64,000 nucleotides of DNA. Source: Octopus bimaculoides (lineage: Eukaryota). This document shows, one piece after another, positions 63,074 to 64,000 of this stretch. The stretch covers positions 1,543,762-1,607,761 of the forward strand of contig NC_068990.1 in the NCBI RefSeq assembly GCF_001194135.2, written 5' to 3'. Each line of letters opens with the position of its first letter. Positions within the stretch are counted from its first letter, which is position 1. Made by a program: the position numbers and the translations under genes. Under the pieces are notes generated by a model that saw only the letters and a list, made by a program, of their open reading frames with translations, had not been told where the DNA came from and ran no database searches.

Positions 63074-64000
63074 AGTATAGCAAGGTGAGATGAGCTGTAA
63101 TATTCAAATCAGGCAATAAACCATTGCCATGTTCATGGCCACTGTTAATTTGTGGTTATAGAATTTTAATATATATTGATTTCTAACCTTGGCACAAGGT
63201 TAGAAATATTGGTGGTCAGTCGTGTCTGTTCTGTTCTGTCCTGCTGCCTGGTCAGTTAAGATTTTTTTCCCATTTTCCTTACACTAGCTTACTACACTCG
63301 TCTGATTGTCAAAAGACCCCGTTTGTATTGTTTTGTTTTATTTTTACCGCAATTGTATAATTATTTTCCTTTTGTTGTATAGCTGAAAGGTGCTTGATCA
63401 TTGTATAATTCTTTTTCATGTGTTACATTCGTCCGATAGTCGAAAGACCCTTTCTATTGTTTACATATTTGTTTTCGTTTATGTACATTCATTTGCCTTG
63501 CCCAGGGCTTAATGCTTTTAGCTTGAATCTTTGGCCCAACCGGTTTCAAGTAGTATCAGAAATAAATGGGTGAAACTACATGGACATTCTGAATTTTGAC
63601 TGAAGAGGCAATTGGCTGCGAATGAGCTGTGTATCTTGGTTTGTTCTGTTTTCTATTGTCGTGCTTTCATCCTTTACCTGCATGTTGTGTGTTAGGCATA
63701 ACTACAGAGTTGTATCCCCACTTTGGAAGGTCATAACTTTCAGAAAAAGGGATATTTTTTAATGAAATTTTCTATGCGTATATCATTTATTATGTAGATT
63801 CCGAATATACAAAACTTTTCGGTGAAAGTGTTTTGGAATGGGGGTGGGGGACAATTTTCGGAAATTCCAACAGAGTCCACTTAAGTTCCTCTTAACTTCC
63901 AGGAAAATGAATATTTTTTCGTGAAATTTTCTACAAATATACCTTGATGTATGTACATTTCGAGCATGTAGGAATTTTGAAGGAAACAACTGCAGGTTAT

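Overview
Eukaryotic, AT-rich, microsatellite-rich draft-assembly sequence with several N gaps. The repeat families and dense (TA)/(CA)/(TAA) arrays suggest an octopus or other coleoid cephalopod; this is inference. Nearly the whole window is intronic. Three short + strand exons (9754-9834, 29389-29443, 62400-62485) have canonical AG/GT sites and matching phases (0/0, 0/1, 1/0). They splice into ATGSVITLDTYEVNFGRHLGLNDTVEK-EIAITNHSLGKVVTQWTK-G-SSCAFTVIPLSIEIPSNKSATVKIIFTP, an ASH/MSP-type Ig-like domain that best matches, from memory, the ciliary protein CFAP65 (CCDC108). The two complete introns (19.6 and 33.0 kb) and the flanks hold decayed mobile elements: a gag-only Ty3/gypsy LTR element, R4/Dong-like and HERO-like non-LTR fragments, RTE LINE ends, Penelope-like remnants with hammerhead-like cores, Tc1/mariner copies and MITEs, and at least three SINE families. 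Most ORFs in the supplied track are microsatellite or N-gap artefacts. The best leads are a duplicated Pol III-like stem-loop unit (46841-47230), hammerhead-like cores (43223-43279, 54140-54180), long intronic fold-backs (11081-11312, 15934-16068, 26551-26955), Dong-like insertions in (TAA)n, a GAS-motif minisatellite and a candidate recursive splice site. Repeat boundaries are approximate and were read by eye; no database search was run.
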